DNA from: Candidatus Hermodarchaeota archaeon | GTDB taxonomy: Archaea > Asgardarchaeota > Thorarchaeia > Thorarchaeales > Thorarchaeaceae | NCBI GenBank assembly: GCA_048885865.1 | Contig: JBHLLF010000030.1 | Location: 1-30,453, forward strand | Length of the DNA: 30,453 bases | Direction of reading: 5' to 3' | Shown: in pieces, positions 27,440-30,453 of the stretch | Layout of the letters: each line of letters starts with the position of its first letter | How positions within the stretch are numbered: position 1 is the stretch's first letter | Notes under the pieces: model-generated | What the model was told of the DNA's origin: nothing | The model's database searches: none | The model's input: the letters and a program-made list of their open reading frames with translations, nothing else | Program-made: the position numbers and the translations under genes

Positions 27440-28504
27440 ATGGGCTCAAGGGCTGCGAATGAATACGGCTACATCAACGCAAGAATCAGAGGTATGAAGT
27501 CTCGATTTCTGACAGTAGGCGACTACGAACGACTTCTGCAGTCCGCAAGCTATGAGGACTTCATGAGGAATCTGGGTGGGACCTATTATGGCCCTATAAT
27601 TAATGCAGAGTTTCCGCGGGAGGTTCCTGACCCTGCTGACCTTGGATTAGTACTCTCCAAGGATTTCGCAGATATTAGCTATAGGCTCATTAGGTCACTC
27701 ACTGGTCGAGTGCGCGACTTTACTGAAACCTATCTCAATATGTTCCTGGCGGAGAGCGTCAAATCGATTCTCCGTGGACTTCATGTAGAGCTCGAACGTG
27801 ACGAGATATTGAGATTTCTTGTGCCGACTTCTCCAGAACAGGCAAGCGAGTTTGAACAGATAGTTGATTCCGGCTCAGTCAAGAAAGCAATTGACATCTT
27901 GCCCTACTGGGATGTCAAAATTGCTCTTCTGACGAAGCTTCCTACTTACGAGGAGTACGAATCTACAGCTCCTCTCGAGGTTGCAGTTGAGGAATGGTAT
28001 CTTCGAACCGTCATGGACGCTCTAACGGAATTCTCCAATGAGGATCAGAGTCGCGTTTTGGACGTTCTAGAGGCAAGAGTTGATCTCAGAAACATCTTGA
28101 CAATGATCAGAGCACTTGTTCTGCAGCTGGAGTCAAGGGTCATTGATATGTCTCTTATACGGTTCACTAGGAAGTCGCAGGCCATAGTTGAGCTCATCGA
28201 ATCTTGCTCGACTTGGCGTGAAATCTTCAACAAGATAGGTTCGACTAAATATGGTCAGCTTGCGGGAAGGCTGGCAAGGATCTACGAAGAAACAAATGAT
28301 CTCTCGGAGGTCGAGCTGGCAATCGAGGACTACATTGCAAAACGGGTGAAGCTCCAACTCACAGCTTTTCCGTTCCACATTGGAACAGTATTAGGATTTT
28401 TCAATCTCAAGTACTATGAGATTCGGAATATTCGTTCCATTGCGGTAGGTATTGAACGGGGCGAAGCTCCAGAGAATATCAGACGAATGATTACAATCTG
28501 GTGA
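27440..28504 (+). CDS. atpC: A/V-type ATP synthase subunit C
   Basis: YGYINARIRGMKSRFL N-terminus, DLRNI and EIRNIRSIAVG C-terminus. 354 aa from ATG 27440. Confidence 0.92.
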   Translation: MGSRAANEYGYINARIRGMKSRFLTVGDYERLLQSASYEDFMRNLGGTYYGPIINAEFPREVPDPADLGLVLSKDFADISYRLIRSLTGRVRDFTETYLNMFLAESVKSILRGLHVELERDEILRFLVPTSPEQASEFEQIVDSGSVKKAIDILPYWDVKIALLTKLPTYEEYESTAPLEVAVEEWYLRTVMDALTEFSNEDQSRVLDVLEARVDLRNILTMIRALVLQLESRVIDMSLIRFTRKSQAIVELIESCSTWREIFNKIGSTKYGQLAGRLARIYEETNDLSEVELAIEDYIAKRVKLQLTAFPFHIGTVLGFFNLKYYEIRNIRSIAVGIERGEAPENIRRMITIW

Positions 28505-28588
28505 CCGGAGGGCAACATTTAGAAAGAGGAGAATTACCCGAAAACGTCAGCGAATGATTACAATTTGGCAACTGGAGGACAACATTCA
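28454..28588 (+). repeat. Imperfect tandem duplication (68+67 bp) of the atpC 3' end plus spacer
   Basis: Copy 1 (28454-28521) reads ERGEAPENIRRMITIW*; copy 2 (28522-28588) reads ERGELPENV[ag]RMITIWQ. The 14-mer CGAATGATTACAAT occurs exactly at 28484 and 28551. Confidence 0.9.
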
Positions 28589-28978
28589 GTGAAAATCAAT
28601 ACAAGGACTACCAACATATTGATGCTAGGATTGGGAGCAGTTGTATGTGCAATCTTGGCAGCAGCGTTCTATGCACCTACCCCGGTCAAGGCACTTGGTG
28701 TGCCAGGTTCTGGATTTGTGCCATTGCAAACCACTGAGGGAGCTGGTTTGGCCATTCTTGGTCTTGCAATCGGTGCAGGTCTTGCTATTGGCCTTGCGGG
28801 TATTGGCGCTTCCTTGGGTATGGGTACTGCATCTGCAGCAGCATTGGGTGCAATCACAGAGAAGCCAGAAACCTTTGGCAAGAGCATTCTCTATGTCGTG
28901 CTCATTGAGGCTGTTGCTATCTACGGTTTCGTTATTGCGTTTCTACTCATTGGGTCCATTTCAGGCCTCATTGGTTAA
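28589..28978 (+). CDS. atpK: A/V-type ATP synthase proteolipid subunit K (c) with an N-terminal hydrophobic extension
   Basis: GAGLAIGLAGIGASLGMG, EKPE loop and the conserved Glu in LIEAVAIYG. GTG start after SD GGAGGA (28574-28579). Confidence 0.93.
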   Translation: MKINTRTTNILMLGLGAVVCAILAAAFYAPTPVKALGVPGSGFVPLQTTEGAGLAILGLAIGAGLAIGLAGIGASLGMGTASAAALGAITEKPETFGKSILYVVLIEAVAIYGFVIAFLLIGSISGLIG

Positions 28979-29023
28979 GAAAAGCAACTCTAGTAGAGGA
29001 AGGATGGGAGTATTCCATTTCCT

Positions 29024-29650
29024 CTACTCAGACCCCTTCTCTGCAAAGAGGGTAGATGCTACTCGATCCCTCAATGAGGCATCGAATCGATCTTTTCTAG
29101 CGTCGTAAGTATTGTCGACCCATTTAGTACCATCCTTAGATCGAACAACAACTCCGCCAGTGGCTCTAATTGTGTCCTTTGAAATGCTCACGTTTGTCTT
29201 GACACCTGTGTCTTTCGAGATTGTCTTTACGAGCTCATCAACCGGGAGGCTTACCTTTTGTCCTACAGGTAGGACCAGTTCAATGTCTGGTTCCTGAAGT
29301 GAGGCTGCACCATCGATAGCTAGATTGAAGACAGTCTTGTCGTACTTCTTTTCAAGAACACTCTTCTGGAGGCTCTCCCATGCGGTTTCAAAAACCTCGT
29401 TCATGATTGCCTCCTTGCTCTCAAGAAGGCGGTATTTTGCTTGTAGCTTGGCGCTGGCTTGATACTTGGCAACTTCCGCATCAGTTTCGCGTTCAGCTTT
29501 TCCTGCAATCTCCTCGGTAATTGCTTTGGCACGTTTTCTCGCCTTTTCAAGGCGCTCTTTCTTGAACTTCTCGGCTTCAGTGATGATTCTGTCGCACTCA
29601 TCCTTGGTTTTGGAATTGATAATCCTGATGATATTGCTGACACCCTCCAT
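29024..29650 (-). CDS. atpE: A/V-type ATP synthase subunit E
   Basis: N-terminal charged coiled coil and the C-terminal GGVVV...DG...VDNT motif. 208 aa. Confidence 0.92.
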   Translation of the reverse strand: MEGVSNIIRIINSKTKDECDRIITEAEKFKKERLEKARKRAKAITEEIAGKAERETDAEVAKYQASAKLQAKYRLLESKEAIMNEVFETAWESLQKSVLEKKYDKTVFNLAIDGAASLQEPDIELVLPVGQKVSLPVDELVKTISKDTGVKTNVSISKDTIRATGGVVVRSKDGTKWVDNTYDARKDRFDASLRDRVASTLFAEKGSE

Positions 29651-29654
29651 GTTT

Positions 29655-29978
29655 TCATTCCTCCCCCGTAATCACCTTGTAGACTATGTCAACGGCTTTC
29701 TTAACATTGCCACGGGCTGAGTCCTCAATCCCTGAAATTTTCTTCTCAATTTCCTTCTGGACCTTCTTCTCAATCTCCAATCTTCTGGCCTGTAGTCCAT
29801 CTCGCGCACGCTGAGCGGCCATCTTCGCCTCCTTCTCTGCGTTCTCAATGATCTCCTTCGCCTCTTTCTCCGCGTTCTCTCGAATCTTCTTTGCGCGGGC
29901 TTCTGCCTCTTTCAGCTGCTTGCTCGCAGCTTCTTCAGCCTCATGGATTTGGTCAATCTCTTCGTGAGCAGCACACAT
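29655..29978 (-). CDS. atpH: A/V-type ATP synthase subunit H (G), peripheral stalk
   Basis: About 107-aa E/K/A coiled coil (IHEAEEAA...EAEARAKKI...AVDIV) directly upstream of atpE. ATG 29978 after SD GGTGAGG. Confidence 0.8.
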   Translation of the reverse strand: MCAAHEEIDQIHEAEEAASKQLKEAEARAKKIRENAEKEAKEIIENAEKEAKMAAQRARDGLQARRLEIEKKVQKEIEKKISGIEDSARGNVKKAVDIVYKVITGEE

Positions 29979-30172
29979 TACTGCATTCCTCACCTATAGC
30001 AGGTTGTCGTTTTCACTTCTAATACCCCTGATAAAGATTGACCTTTGTTCCAGAACATGATTGGAATGTCCGCTTGCCTTTCACAACGTTTATCTTTACC
30101 ATGAAATGGCACAATCTAACTGGCTTCTTGCCAATATCGGAAGGAGTCGGCTCTATTTCAAGGGTGATAGAT

Positions 30173-30453
30173 ATGGGTTTAATGAGCCCCGCAGAGATGA
30201 TTGTTGCAAGGGTCGTTTCTCACAAAGACTATGAACGCGAGGTCCTCCTTGCCCTTCAGGCATTTGGACGATTCGAGTTTATTGACGTCACTCAACATGC
30301 ATCTATTGTTGATGTCAAGCGATCGCGTGATGAGGAAACGGTCTATGTGGCTCTAGACAGGATCATGAAGATGAACGATTCTTTGGGTCTTGATTCATCC
30401 AGGCGGGCTGGGCCCAAAATCGAAATTGATGACCGCAAGATAACTGACTCAAT
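30173..30453 (+). CDS. atpI: A/V-type ATP synthase subunit I (a), N-terminal fragment truncated by the window edge
   Basis: Not in the ORF track. Manual translation gives MGLMSPAEMIVARVVSHKDYEREVLLALQAFGRFEFIDV..., open to the window end, matching the subunit-a N-terminal pattern (P.EM...VL..L...G..EF.D). SD GGTGA at 30163-30167. Confidence 0.8.
   Translation, partial: MGLMSPAEMIVARVVSHKDYEREVLLALQAFGRFEFIDVTQHASIVDVKRSRDEETVYVALDRIMKMNDSLGLDSSRRAGPKIEIDDRKITDS

Noticed and set aside
28641-29108. 155-aa alternative-frame ORF over atpK, and the many other short overlapping ORFs
   Set aside because: They overlap well-supported genes and have no motifs or SD support.

Overview
Gene-dense archaeal chromosomal window, most consistent with an Asgard archaeon (Ca. 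Thorarchaeota-like; inferred from apgM, A/V-type ATPase genes, GGTGA-type SD sites, TTTATA boxes and the style of the C-terminally anchored surface proteins). Contents: a 5'-truncated IMPase-family gene, a surface protein, a lower-glycolysis cluster (pyk divergent from eno-apgM), nucleotide-sugar enzymes, a Cys-rich ferredoxin, a TPR-like protein, two translationally coupled 7-blade SBBP beta-propeller type I membrane proteins, an orphan family-5 ABC binding protein, a divergent peptide deformylase, UPF0182, GIY-YIG, FGGY kinase, a LarA homologue, an AtpZ-like protein, flavin reductase/nitroreductase, and a scrambled A/V-ATPase cluster (C-K -> <- E-H, I ->). No tRNA, rRNA, CRISPR array or IS element was recognised. 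Main observations: (1) a cytoplasmic 20-aa tandem repeat kept nearly invariant by synonymous-only variation and ending in an H-x3-C-x-C-x2-C motif on a receptor-like protein; (2) the ABC binding protein appears circularly permuted relative to OppA/DppA; (3) a relic second copy of the atpC 3' end, diverged mainly at synonymous sites, between atpC and atpK. Starts were adjusted from the ORF track using SD sites and family N-termini, and all family calls rest on motif recognition rather than database searches.
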